A stretch of DNA of 64,000 nucleotides. It comes from Octopus bimaculoides. Lineage: Eukaryota. The position numbers were made by a program, and so were the translations under genes. Each line of letters opens with the position of its first letter. The stretch's first letter is position 1. The stretch covers positions 85,977,764 through 86,041,763 of the forward strand of contig NC_068982.1 of NCBI RefSeq assembly GCF_001194135.2. Reading direction: 5' to 3'. The notes below the pieces were generated by a model that saw only the letters and a program-made list of their open reading frames with translations, searched no databases and had not been told where the DNA came from. This document shows, in pieces, positions 51,915 to 64,000 of the stretch.

Positions 51915-52472
51915 AATCTGAGGTAGAGGGAAACTCAGGAAGACATGGGATGAGGTGGTGAAGCATGACCATCGAATGTTGGGCCTCACAGAGGCAATGA
52001 CAAAGACAGAGACCTCTGGAGGTATGCTGTGACTGAGAAGACCTGGCAAATAAAGTGAGTCCACAGCTGTAACCTACACCAGTGTGGCATAACCAGCCCA
52101 CTCAAAAGTACCTTGGATCGTAGGGCGACATGCTGTGTTTGAGGAAACCTACTGAGTCAAGTACATCAACATCAGTAATATCAAAATCAAATTCAATGGA
52201 AATTGTAGTTGCGAGCCCTGGGCCGGTAGCAGGTAAAGAGCACCATCCGAATGTGGTTGATGTCAGTACCGCTTTGACTAGCTTCCATGCCAGTGGCACG
52301 TAAAAAGCACCCACTACACTCTCAGAGTGGTTGGCATTAGGAAGGGCATCCAGCTGTAGAAACACTGCCAGATCAGATTGGGGTCTGGTGTAGCCTCCTG
52401 GCTTCCCAGACCCCAGTCGAACCGTCCAACCCATGCCAGCATGGAAAACGGACGTTAAATGATGATGATGAT
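51915..52472 (+). mobile_element. 5'-truncated RTE LINE 3' end inserted in the right TIR of the Tc1/mariner element
   Basis: GKLRKTWDEVV C-terminus, 3' UTR and (GAT)n tail; splits the TIR segment AAATATTTATACA / GATTTTTCCTTTCC. Confidence 0.85.
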
Positions 52473-52518
52473 GATTTTTCCTTTCCTGAAGTGCATATAC
52501 ATTGTTTTGGCAGACTCT

Positions 52519-52566
<48 letters not shown>

Positions 52567-53034
52567 GTGTAAGTTTTATCATTAATGGTGTGTGAAACTG
52601 AGTATTACCAATTGGTTGATAACTGATGAAGAATTAAGGACTTTCTGTGTTTGTCTCCTGTCCAGTTGAACACTCAGTATACATTATATCGTTTGGCTAT
52701 TTACCATACATTTGTTCATTTATTATATATGTATATATATATATATAAGCTGGTCCTAAAATCTCTGTAAGAGATGAATGCAGTAGCTGTAGTACTGGCA
52801 AGTAATGTCTGTTGCAACTTCAACACGGCTGTTCTGTTTGAAAGGATATTACTGCAACTTTTTAACCCCAGGAAATGTCCTCTTGGGGTTAAAAAATCCC
52901 AGTAACATCTGTTCAAATGGAACACCCATGTTGAAGTGGTGACAACAAACATTACTGATATATATAATCAGTAAATCATATATCCAAAAGAGAAGCACAC
53001 TCTAAGTTATAGAGCAGTAGAGTGTTTAGATAAA

Positions 53035-54735
53035 GGTAGTTATGACCGGTCTATGGGGTTATCCAGGGTTTCACATCCATAAAATGCTTAGCTTTATGTC
53101 TCATCAGACCCTAAAGGCCAGTGACCAAAAACCTCCCTTCAAAGTGGTGGAACATACAAAAGAGAAGGGTCAAATGCATGGTATTGTCTCCCTTAGACTG
53201 TTATCTGGAATCTACCCAGTCTACTTGCGGGCCTCAGGATTTTAGTAGGAATCGCCTGAAGTATAAGCAGAGTCTGAAGACTTAGATCCTGGAATTTAAG
53301 ATGTCAAGGAAGTTCTTTAATATCTTCATCCATTCAGCTACGCACAACTTGCAATGCTTGCTCCTGTTGATGTAGGGGGCCTGGTTTCTCTAGGATCTTC
53401 GATGGGATTATTTGTGGAATCTCTTTCTACTACAGGTGCCACATGTGGCAGACCAAGGAAAACAACATTATACCTAGTTAAATCTGAGACTAGTCTGGTG
53501 AGCAAGCACATACTGAAGAACATCAACAATGACATAAGGAGAACCACCAACGTCTCCCTATGGCACAGCACAAATGATGTGATTACATGGTTTAATACCA
53601 ATAAGGGAATAAGAAGAGCAAGGTTTACCCAGTTCAACATAGTCAATTTTTACCCAAGGCACTTTCTTTTGCTAGGGGGCTTCACTGACATTAGCGATAG
53701 GGACATAAATGTCATCATGCATGCCAGGAAAAAGGTGCTGTTCAGTAAAAGATTCAGCCTGGGTCAAGCAAACTGACCCCGTGGGCTCTTTTGACATAGC
53801 AACAGGGACCTATGACAGCACTGATATATGCAACCTCATAAGGTTATATATACTGGATACCCTAAAGAAGAAATTCCACTCTGTTCTCTTTGGTTTCTAC
53901 AGAGATGATAGCCCTGGCTATCTCTAGAGGAGCTAAAGGGAATGCCCTAGATAGGCTTAGGAAAGATCTGATTGGCACCTTTAGCTTGATGGGACTGAAA
54001 ATTACAATCGAGACCAAAATCACCACTGCAGACTTCTTAGATGTCAAGCTCAATTTGGGCTCTGGTACATACAGGCCCTATCACAAGCCAAACGAGAGGC
54101 TGGCATATATCAACACAGCCTCCTGCCACCCACCCATCATGTTCAAAAATCTGATGAAGGGTGTTAGCAGGAGGATCTTGAATCTGTCCTCTTGCCAAGA
54201 AATTTTCAATGCAGCAGCCTCCTAATATAACGAGGCCCTAACTGCTAGTGGGTTTAGGGACTGCATCTCCTACATGCTGGGCCCTAACACCCACAGAAGA
54301 AAGCACCACCAAAATATCATTTGGTTTGCCCCCACCCTCTCTCAACTTAAAAATGTGGGTAGGTAGGATATTCCTTACTCTAGTAGATAAGCACTTTACA
54401 CAATCACATAGGTACTGATGCATATTCAGCAGACACAACCTAGGAGTCTCTTTTAGCTGTACCCCCTGCTTACACTTCAGGCAATTTCTACTGAAATCCT
54501 GGGACCCACAAGCAGACTGGGTAGATTCTGCATAACAGTCTAAGAGAGATAATCCCTTACACTTGACTTTTCTCTTCTGTTTGTGTGTTCAACAACTAGC
54601 CATGAGATCTTTTCTCTCTCCACTTTGAAGAGAAGTTATAGGCCACCAACCATTAGGATCTGACAAGACATTGTAAAGCTAAGGGCTTTATGGACGCAAA
54701 ACCTGGGTAACCCTATAGACTGGTCATAACTATCT
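53035..54735 (+). mobile_element. Penelope-like element: RT region flanked by ~230-260-bp inverted repeats
   Basis: LVKSETSLVSKHIL..LWHSTNDVITWF..QFNIVNFYP; GFYRDDS; DFLDVKLNL..YRPYHKPN..YINTASCHPP; IIWFAP. 53035-53265 is inverted relative to 54472-54735. Confidence 0.85.
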
Positions 54736-55444
54736 ATCTATCTATCTATCTATCTATCTGTATATACATATATGAATAAATAACAACAAATGGNNNNNNN
54801 NNNNNNNNNNNNNNNNNNNNNNNNNNNNNNNNNNNNNNNNNNNNNNNNNNNNNNNNNNNNNNNNNNNNNNNNNNNNNNNNNNNNNNNNNNNNNNNNNNNN
54901 NNNNNNNNNNNNNNNNNNNNNNNNNNNNNNNNNNNNAGCTAAGGGCTTTATGGACGCAAAACCTGGGTAACCCTATAGACTGGTCATAACTATCTATCTA
55001 TCTATCTATCTATCTATCTGTATATACATATATGAATAAATAACAACAAATGGATAATGTGTGAATTCACTACAGCTGTTTCCAATGAATTTTTAATTGA
55101 TTAATGGAGACATTACACCATCAGGTGTAATGAATTACAACATTCAAAATCCAACAGATTTTTACTGTGGATAAAAATGTCTTTTTCCATCATGCTTAAA
55201 ATCTAAGCACCATAAGTGTTGTAGAATTAAAATTCAAATGGCTGATGTATTGTAGTTGAACAGGATTTGGGAGAAATAGTAAGGTGCCAGGTTTATTTTT
55301 CGTGTATACAAAAATAAAATGTATACACAACAAAAATGGAGGCATACATATGTGAGTACCAAAGTACAGGTAGAAAGATATTCAGGTTATGAATATGATT
55401 AACTGTACCCAACTGACTATATCATGAGTCTAGAGGCTATTTAT

Positions 55445-55483
<39 letters not shown>

Positions 55484-56269
55484 GGAAGAAAAAGGGAAGA
55501 GGAGAATTTCAATTATCTCCATGTGGTGAGTTGTAAATGTAAAAATATACATAAAAGAAGAAAAATGCACAGTTTACATAGTTTTAATATATTTTTGTAT
55601 ATATTTTTTGAGTGAAAGAGTATTGTGTTTGTCAACTGGTTTTGCTTTCGCTAATCATCACATTGAAATTATAGTAATTTCATATTTTTTAAAGAAGATT
55701 TTAGTCCCTGTTGTGTATGGGGGGTTTGTGAATGAAATGGATCAACAGGTAGAAAAATATAAGGGGAGGTAATTGGTGATCGTTATTATTAGGGACAGGG
55801 GAGATAACTGCAAATTTTGGGCAGGGAGTAAATAAATATAAAAACACAAAAGTTAAAGTAGTGAGATGAAATATTTATAGTGATGTGTATGTGAACATGA
55901 ATTAAAATATATACTAAAATCAAAGCTGGTTATGCGTTTGTATTTAGGCGTGTTCTGTATTTCAATAATTAAATTTTCCTTATTTAAATGTTCTACAGAA
56001 ATTGTTTCTTTGCACTGATAGATGGGGAAAAGCGAAGATTGGTTGGATATCTTTCTGTGTGTTCACTCAAAGGAATCTGTCTGTACTGTGGTAAATAGAT
56101 CTGTTCCTTATGTAGTGTGGTTCTCAGTTTAAATGCCATTCTTGTCTGCCCTATATAGTTATAACCACAACCTGAACAAGTTATAACATAAATTAGATTC
56201 TTGGAGGTACATGTGAAGTTGGTTACACATGTTATATATACATGTGCCTATATAAGGGTGTGTGTGTGT

Positions 56270-56325
<56 letters not shown>

Positions 56326-56733
56326 NNNNNNNNNNNNNNNNNNNNNNNNNNNNNNNNNNNNNNNNNNNNNNNNNNNNNNNNNNNNNNNNNNNNNNNNNNN
56401 NNNNNNNNNNNNNNNNNNNNNNNNNNNNNNNNNNNNNNNNNNNNNNNNNNNNNNNNNNNNNNNNNNNNNNNNNNNNNNNNNNNNNNNNNNNNNNNNNNNN
56501 NNNNNNNNNNNNNNNNNNNNNNNNNNNNNNNNNNNNNNNNNNNNNNNNNNNNNNNNNNNNNNNNNNNNNNNNNNNNNNNNNNNNNNNNNNNNNNNNNNNN
56601 NNNNNNNNNNNNNNNNNNNNNNNNNNNNNNNNNNNNNNNNNNNNNNNNNNNNNNNNNNNNNNNNNNNNNNNNNNNNNNNNNNNNNNNNNNNNNNNNNNNN
56701 NNNNNNNNNNNNNNNNNNNNNNNNNNNNNNNNN

Positions 56734-59700
56734 AATGGGTATGGTCCACATTTTGAATGAGATGGTTAGGCCATTTTGTGGCGAAGGAGACGTCACCGCT
56801 TGGTTGAAAAAATTTAAGTTGGTGGCAAGATTCCACAGTGTAGATGACCTAACCAGTTTCATACCATTGTACCTTGACGGATCGACGTTGGCATTATACC
56901 TGGAAATGGAGGAGAAGGACCAGTTAAGTGTAGAGAAAACAGAAGTCTGGCTGATGGAGGCTTTTACAGAAGGGCCATTTATGGTATATGGTCAACTGGG
57001 GAAAGCGAAGTGGACAGGTGAATAGGTTGATGTGTTTACCAATGAAATAAGGAGATTAGCCAGACTTGTGAGATACAAAGACAAAGCACTGGAACAAACA
57101 GTTAAATTAGCATTTGTGACTGGATTTCCTGACCACATGTTGGTCGAACTGCAAAAGCTGCCGAATATTCATTCCATGACATCTTTAGCAGCGACTGCAG
57201 TAATGAGAAGGGGTCAAATAAAGAGTGGTGGAGAGGGGTCGAATAAGGAACATGTGCGACCCTTTAAAGGGCAGGTGTTTTCGGTGTCAAGGTTCACACA
57301 TGATGAGAGACTGCAAGGAACCCAGGTCTAGAGTAATTTGCTATCGATGCAGACAAACAGGCTACATTGCTAGTGAATGTGTTCAGGGAAATGGTCTAAG
57401 GGAGACTACTGCGCTGGTAGTTGTCCTGCGGAAAGAATACAGGTGTGTATACAGTCGTTGCCAGTAGTTGATGTCGTGATGGGGGGAAGGTATCACGAGC
57501 CTCCGTGGATAAGGGCTGCTCAACAACCCTAATGACTCAGGAGGTGGTAGAAGAATGGAGTGGAGTGAGTAGTGTAAGGGCTATTGACAGTATGGAGTTG
57601 AATGCAGAGGAAGTAGCGATGTGGAGATGGTGGTACGAGAAATGAGATTGCGATTGTGTACAATCGTAATTGAACGCATGGTGGATGGAATTGATGTGGT
57701 GATGGGGATGGACGCCATTGTCTGTTTGGGAGGTGACAAGATCAATGAAGCTGGTGTAAAATTTGGTGATGCGAGTGAGAGTGGTGACAGCTGTGAAGAA
57801 ACATTTGCTTCACACACCATTACAGACAAGGATTTTCAGGCTGTGTTCAACGGTCGGCAGTGGACAGTGGAATGGTACTGGAAGGGAGATCCTCTGATGC
57901 TGAAAAATGCAGTAGGCTGCTATCAGTATACTCTGAAAGGGGGTGCCAGAAGCAAGTTCAAGGGAGAGGTGGGTCAAGGAAGGCATTCTAATCACTTGGA
58001 AGGAGGAAGTGGAGAGTGGATGCAGCCGACGAAGCATAAAGTCAGGCCAGTATTAGATTTCTGAGAGCTGAACAACCATATGGGTGGCAAAGCCATAGAC
58101 ATTTGCAGCGAAACCTTGAGAGAGTGGAGGAAGATGATAGGAGCCTCCACAATCATCGATTTGAAGTCAGCATACCTGCAGCTGCATGTAGCTGAGAGAC
58201 TGTGGAAATACCAGCTAGTAAGGTACAAGGGTCAGACATACTGTCTGACCAGGTTGGGATTTGGGCTGAATTCAGCACTGAAGATTATGGCGATGATTCT
58301 CAAAACTATACTGGGAAAGGCGGACAAAGTGAAAAGAGCCACCAATTCCTATATTGATGACGTCCTAGTGGACAAGAGCATAGTGTCGGCAAAGGAGGTC
58401 ATAAGCCACCTGTTTTGGGCTAACTACCAAACTACTGGAGGTGATGGAAGGAGGAGCTGTACTGGGACTCAAGCTATGGAGAGACAAGGCCGATGCGCAG
58501 GTGTTTTGGAGAGGGAATGAGATCCCAGAATTGGGCTCCAAGACGAGTAGGCGAGAACTGTTTCCTGTGTGTGGAAAGCTGCTGGGATACTACCTGATTG
58601 CAGAATGGCTCTAGACAGCATGCAGCTTCATCAAGAGGCGAGCTGAAGGAGTGAGGTGGAATGACAACGTGGGCAAGAAGATAACTGCCATTATGTAAGA
58701 AGTCTTGGAGAGAGTGACTGCAGAGGACCCAGTAAGAGGAAACTGGTATTTGCCCAAATTGAAGAATGGGATCTTGTGGTGTGATGCTAGCAGCATAGCA
58801 ACGGGAGTTGTCCTGGAACTTGGAGGTGTCATGGTGGAGGATGCGGCCTGGCTCAGGAAGAAGGACGACTGCAACCACATCAATGTGGCGGAGCTGGATA
58901 CAGTGTGAAAGGGGCTGAACCTGGCTCTGAGATGGGAGTTGCATACCATTGAGATCCAGACTGATTTGGGCACTGTACTTAGATGGGTGGAATCAGTGGT
59001 CACCAGTGAGCAGAAGGTGTAAACTAAAGGGAGCGCAGAGATGCTGATAAGACACAGTTTAGGAATTCTGGGTGAGCTAGCTGCCGTGTTTGACCTGAGG
59101 ATGAGTGTGGTTTTTGTGCCCTCTGAGGGGAATATAGCGGATGTACTGACCAGAGTAAAGAAAGCCTGGTTGCAGGTACCAGAGGATCTGGAGCAAGTAG
59201 TGGCTGCTGTGTGTCGACTGAGTGACTTGGAGCTGAGGAGATTGCATACCATGCATCACATGGGGGTGGACAGAACCCTGTTCTGAGCTAAGAAAGTTGA
59301 CTCTGCCTGGTCAACTGTGCAGAGAGTGTTTGGGAGCTGTGACAAGTGCTAGTCCATTGATTCTTTTCCAGGTGTGCATGAGGCAGGAAGCATTCCAGTG
59401 GAACAGAACTGGAAATGACAGGCAGTGGATGTGATGCACTAAGGCAGGGGACATACCTCCCAATGGTTGGCTGCAGACGGGGGAAGTTGGCCATATGGAG
59501 GGAGATGAAGATGGGGACCACAGAGGAAATCCCAAGAATACTAAATGAGATATCCCTAGAATGAGGCGCTATGGATGAGCTGCTTGTGGAAAATGGTACT
59601 GTGTTTCACTCAGAGGTGCTGAGGGGAATGCTTGACAAGTGACATGTTAGCCGTTTCTTCAGTGCAGCATACCGGCCAAGTGGCAATGGGGTTGTGGAGA

Positions 59701-60556
59701 GGCATCATCACACCATCAAGACTATAGCAGAGGGGGGGGGCACNNNNNNNNNNCATCATCACACCATCAAGACTATAGCAGAGGGGGGGGGCACCCCACT
59801 GGTCGATGCCATTTTTTGGTATAATATGTCGCCCAGGCTGAGGAATTAGTGCCACACAGGGCAATATTCAAGTATGAGTGGACACATCCATGTACCACAT
59901 CGCCACAACCCACAGAAGAGAAAGAGCATGCCTTTGTGCAGGTCGGGGAAGAAGTCTGGGTTAAACCCCCAAATGTGTGGTGCACATCACAATGGGGAAA
60001 GGGGATAATAACCTCTGTAAATTCGAAGAACAATGTGCCTGTAGATGGCATGCCATGTCATGTTTTGGATGTGTGTAGGATCATCAATGTGCCAGTAACG
60101 GACAAGAGGACGAAGCCGGCAGCAACATGCCAGGGATTGAGGCCAATCTTGAAGTCCCACAGTAGTTGAAGTCCCACACTGGTTGGCTGATTATAAGACA
60201 AGTTAAGGTGTGTTGTCAGGGTTGAGGAGAGGGTGTGGGAAGGTTGGTTGAATGATATTCAGATCAGGTGGGGCATGAGGTGTTATGAGTCAGGCTGTGT
60301 TGTAGGAAGACAGGAAGTGAGGGAGTATGCATGTCCTGTTGGAAGTGGGGCCTGTGGGTCCCACCGGAAGGGCTGTGGCATGCATGTGGGGTCGGCGAGG
60401 CGTGAGCGATCAGTTGGCAGTGGGCAGCATATGAGAGCAAACCTGTTAAACAGTACAGCGGCAGACAGGGCATGTGGACGTTGTGAGTGACCCTCCAGAT
60501 AGACAGGTAAGACTAGCATAATTCTCTCTCTGCTTCCGTTTTTTTCCTCCTTCACA
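56734..60556 (+). mobile_element. Ty3/Gypsy LTR retrotransposon (gag-PR-RT-RH-IN, 3' LTR), inactivated
   Basis: gag with two CCHC-like knuckles (CFRCQGSHMMRDC; CYRCRQTGYIASEC), protease-like SVDKGCSTT, RT (DLKSAYLQ, GFGLNSA, SYIDD), RNase H (WCDASS, HINVAELD), integrase (HHMGVDRT, YRPSGNGVVERHHHTIK). PPT GAGGAGAGGG at 60225-60234, then TGT...CA LTR at ~60235-60556. Confidence 0.9.
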
Positions 60557-60961
60557 TCACAATTATTTAACAAGGTTGACAGGCATTAATGTTGGAGATA
60601 GTATTCATTGTAAATTCAATGAATATCCACCCTAAACATGTGATTGCTGATGCCAAGTGAGTATGTGTGTGTGAGTGTGTACTTGTGTGTTTGTTTGTCA
60701 TTTGAATTTTTCCTACAAGGAAGTAAATGGTTTCCATCGATGAAAGAAAGCTATATCCCTAGAATTTAGAGAACAAAAATGATAGGTATTACATGTACAT
60801 ACATATACATGTATGTATGCATGTATCTTTAGGGACAGCTCTACTGATGAGGAACTGCCCTGTACAGCCCCCAACTCACTTCCTCCAGCAAATGTGTATG
60901 GGAGAATGAGATTCATGGTGGTGGAGGGAAAATAATTTAGTGACTCAGAAAGATGATCAAA

Positions 60962-61007
<46 letters not shown>

Positions 61008-61050
61008 TATATTATTTATTTGATATTTATATAATATATTATGTATTATT

Positions 61051-61097
<47 letters not shown>

Positions 61098-61631
61098 GTG
61101 AGAGAGTTAGGGGTTGGGGGTTCAANNNNNNNNNNNNNNNNNNNNNNNNNNNNNNNNNNNNNNNNNNNNNNNNNNNNNNNNNNNNNNNNNNNNNNNNNNN
61201 NNNNNNNNNNNNNNNNNNNNNNNNNNNNNNNNNNNNNNNNNNNNNNNNNNNNNNNNNNNNNNNNNNNNNNNNNNNNNNNNNNNNNNNNNNNNNNNNNNNN
61301 NNNNNNNNNNNNNNNNNNNNNNNNNNNNNNNNNNNNNNNNNNNNNNNNNNNNNNNNNNNNNNNNNNNNNNNNNNNNNNNNNNNNNNNNNNNNNNNNNNNN
61401 NNNNNNNNNNNNNNNNNNNNNNNNNNNNNNNNNNNNNNNNNNNNNNNNNNNNNNNNNNNNNNNNNNNNNNNNNNNNNNNNNNNNNNNNNNNNNNNNNNNN
61501 NNNNNNNNNNNNNNNNNNNNNNNNNNNNNNNNNNNNNNNNNNNNNNNNNNNNNNNNNNNNNNNNNNNNNNNNNNNNNNNNNNNNNNNNNNNNNNNNNNNN
61601 NNNNNNNNNNNNNNNNNNNNNNNNNNNNNNN

Positions 61632-61649
<18 letters not shown>

Positions 61650-61663
<14 letters not shown>

Positions 61664-62290
61664 AAGGTTATGAAGGGTATTGGAGTAAACCAAACCCTAA
61701 AGATACAGGTAATACCGAATAAGTGCTGTATACCGACTAGTTTTGCCACTTTCATTGTAGCAACATGAGTGGGGAATATAACATAGGTCGTGTATTAGCG
61801 TGTGTATGTATAAAGAAAGAAAAGGATAAAGAGTCCAATGGCAAAGTTAGAATTATATTTTATGTATAAAGTCTTACAGCTGTTTCAGGGAAAATCCAAT
61901 GTATCCCTTCATCGGAGACGGTAATAGTAGAAGAAAGGATTATTGCATCTATAAGAGGATATTTGTAGTAAGAAGTGAGAGCGATGCGCAGAAGAAAGAA
62001 CAAAGAAGAAACAGTACTTGGAGTATAGTTCCATTCCAGCATTAAACATCCATGTAAAGAATCCTTGCAGGTATTTTCCGGAGATAATTGTAGTAGCAAA
62101 GGTGGATATATATCATATCGAATCCAGAATACTCTGTGCGTTGTTTATTCAAAGGATAGCCCAAATCGAGGGAGAGATGTGTGTAGGATTAAGAGGTCAA
62201 GCCTTAAGACAGGAAGAAAGGGGGGAAGAGGTAATTCAAGTGAGAAATATGGTTGATAGTACTATATATATAGGCATATAGGTTAGTGGT
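61650..62290 (-). mobile_element. Probable Penelope-like repeat fragment carrying a hammerhead motif
   Basis: Contains the hammerhead motif below; the surrounding ORF-like sequence is degraded, so the PLE assignment rests mostly on that motif. Confidence 0.4.
61871..61919 (-). ncRNA. Type I hammerhead ribozyme motif with palindromic stem III (U4C variant)
   Basis: Minus strand: GTCT-CCGATGA-AGGGA[12 nt]TCCCT-GAAA-CAGCTG-TA-AGAC. Confidence 0.6.
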
Positions 62291-62329
62291 AAAAGAAAAT
62301 GAAGGTGGCTTCCAAGCTGTGCTTGTGAA

Positions 62330-63150
62330 GTAGGTTCCCTAGAATCAAATCCTAAATGTCTCATAGTTTGTTGTAATTAGCAAGAGAATATGAGGATTTA
62401 CCATTTCAAAATTGCACCCACTGATTATTTTACCTATTTCAAAACTTATTCTCAGTAAAAGTGCAGTATTTGTATGACTGTAAGTGATGGTCTAGCATTT
62501 ATAGCAATTATGAGTGTTCTAGTGTCAGGTTGTTCAAGTTTAGTAGGGGGAATGCAATAAATGCAATGGTGTCATTTTGCTGTTGAAGGGGACATGATTA
62601 ACATGACCCCCATCAGAGTATGTTTAAAGGTTTCTGTTCATGGAGTCAGGGTACATTTGGTATGATTGCCTAGCAGGTGCAGAGATAAAAATGGTCCATG
62701 ATAACTAGAGTTATCTTGAAAAGTGATAGCGTGGATTTGGGGTGTTTATGTATTGGTCAGAGAAGTTTGTAAGAGATAAAACTAGATGAGGCAGAGAGTT
62801 GAGGGTTGCAAAAGTTTTGGTTTCTGTGTTGGCAGCATCAGTATGAAAAGAAAAGCAAAGAAGGGCACTAAAATTACCAAAAGTCATGACTTTCAAGAGA
62901 GGTGAAGTGAAAAAGATGTTCTCAGTGTAGGAATAAACATGGTCAAACAACTGTTGGTGGTTGGAAGAGTTTGGAGAATAATAACAGAAGCAGATGTATT
63001 GGGAATTAGAGAGGGAGAATTTGCTACTGATAATTCAAATGAAAGAAATTAGTATCAGGGAGAATAGGATCTTTACATGTGTAGATGCCATATCAGAGTG
63101 AGAGTTGAGTAAAGAGTGTAGGCTAGACAACAAAAATATAGATGAGGTTG
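62330..63150 (-). mobile_element. Degraded CR1/L2-like LINE endonuclease region
   Basis: Minus-strand ORF piece LTNFSDQYINTP and a GxFNH-like motif near 62590-62615. Confidence 0.4.
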
Positions 63151-63334
63151 AGAGATTTGTATCTCAAAGAAGAATAGGATATGTGGTTTGTTTGTTTGTT
63201 AGAAGTGAGGCATAGAGTATAAGTTGGCTTGGAGTTAATACATGTTAGAAAAAAAGAGGGAGAATTATTCATCAAGTTTAGTTTGAGTGAATGTAAAAAA
63301 CAATATTTGTATTGTGGTCAATGCAAGGTTTGCT

Positions 63335-63666
63335 TGACTGGCTCCTGTGCCAGTGGCATGTAAAAAGCACCATCTGATCATGGCTGATGCCAGTGCCCCC
63401 TGACTGGCTCCTGTGTCAGTGGCATGTAAAAAGCACTATCTGAACATGATCGATGCCAGGTCTGCCTGACTGGCTCCTGTGCTAGTGGCATGTAAAAAGC
63501 ACCCATTACACTCTTGGAGTGGTTGGTGCTAGGAAGGGCATCTAGCTGTAGAAACATTGCCAGATCAGATTAGAGCCTGGTGCAGCCGCTGGCTCTCCAG
63601 ACCTCAGTCAAACCGTCCAACCCATACCAGCATGGAAAACGGAAGTTAAACTATGATGATGATGAT
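63335..63666 (+). mobile_element. RTE 3' UTR with 66-bp tandem repeats and (GAT)n tail
   Basis: Units starting TGACTGGCTCCTGTG at 63335, 63401 and 63467, then the standard 3' UTR. Confidence 0.85.
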
Positions 63667-64000
63667 GGGAGTAATATTTGCATACAGCTGCTTTTGTATA
63701 TAGCTGTATTTCTGGCAACATGTACAGAGGCACTGATATACCCAGCCAAGTTTAAGTTTTGTACTCAGCTAAGGATATATGAATAATCTGTAATAATATA
63801 AACCCTTACAAGCACACATGCACACATAAAACTTTTTTTAATTATCATGAAAACCCAATGCTAGTGAGATAAAGTTATTTGAACTGATTCATGTGCTGAG
63901 TGTATAAGAATATGTTTTCTCTACTAAGAATACAAACAAACGCTTCCTAGTAAAAATTTAAGAGACCGTCTTAACATAAATAAATAAAACATATTTTTGT

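Larger units (their letters stand above)
50349..52519 (+). mobile_element. Tc1/mariner element of the DUF4817-HTH type with TA TSD and nested insertions
   Basis: TA^CAGATTCTGCCAAAA..TATACACACTTCAGGAAAGGAAAAATC and GATTTTTCCTTTCCTGAAGTGCATATACATTGTTTTGGCAGACTCTG^TA. Transposase remnants: ILKWYFKFENVVEV, WSNETQFKLHGTVNQHNCVY, PSRSPDLTPADFYLW. Confidence 0.85.

Noticed and set aside
54680-55033. Direct repeat flanking the gap at 54794-54936 (similarly 59703-59795)
   Set aside because: Identical sequence on both sides of a gap; scaffolding artefact.
55060-55135. Fourth hammerhead (minus strand CTGATGG...GAAACAGCTGTA) and 9-bp hairpin CATTACACC/GGTGTAATG
   Set aside because: Core A9 is mutated and stem II is out of register. 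The similar partial motif at ~42900-42930 lacks the CUGANGA strand.
1-64000. CRISPR arrays, operons, prokaryotic promoters or terminators, or a novel multi-gene system
   Set aside because: The sequence is eukaryotic and repeat-dominated. All recognisable coding remnants are transposon-derived and disrupted, and no evidence supports a new protein-coding system.

Overview
This is AT-rich eukaryotic genomic DNA with ten N-gaps (about 3.2 kb in total). It is dominated by transposable elements and microsatellites, and I can support no intact host protein-coding gene. The repeat repertoire (tRNA-derived SINEs, RTE LINEs with (GAT)n tails, TTAGGG-type repeats) suggests a coleoid cephalopod such as Octopus; that is inference, not verified. 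Recognisable elements: several RTE LINE fragments; a near full-length degraded R4/Dong-like LINE; two Ty3/Gypsy LTR retrotransposon copies; Penelope-like element (PLE) remnants; several Tc1/mariner relics; a piggyBac 5' end; Helitrons; hAT relics; and a 4.7 kb long-TIR DDE transposon (Sola-like) carrying two nested MITEs. Four observations stand out. (1) An 832-bp MITE with an 8-bp TSD whose core is a head-to-head (TTAGGG)n/(CCCTAA)n palindrome, with a related tract 42 kb away. (2) Three type I hammerhead-ribozyme motifs with palindromic stem III. (3) A Helitron with canonical ends carrying an antisense Pif1 motif VI remnant. (4) Three independent insertions into the right-hand TIRs of inverted-repeat elements. 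All calls come from reading the sequence by eye; no searches were run, and most element boundaries are approximate.
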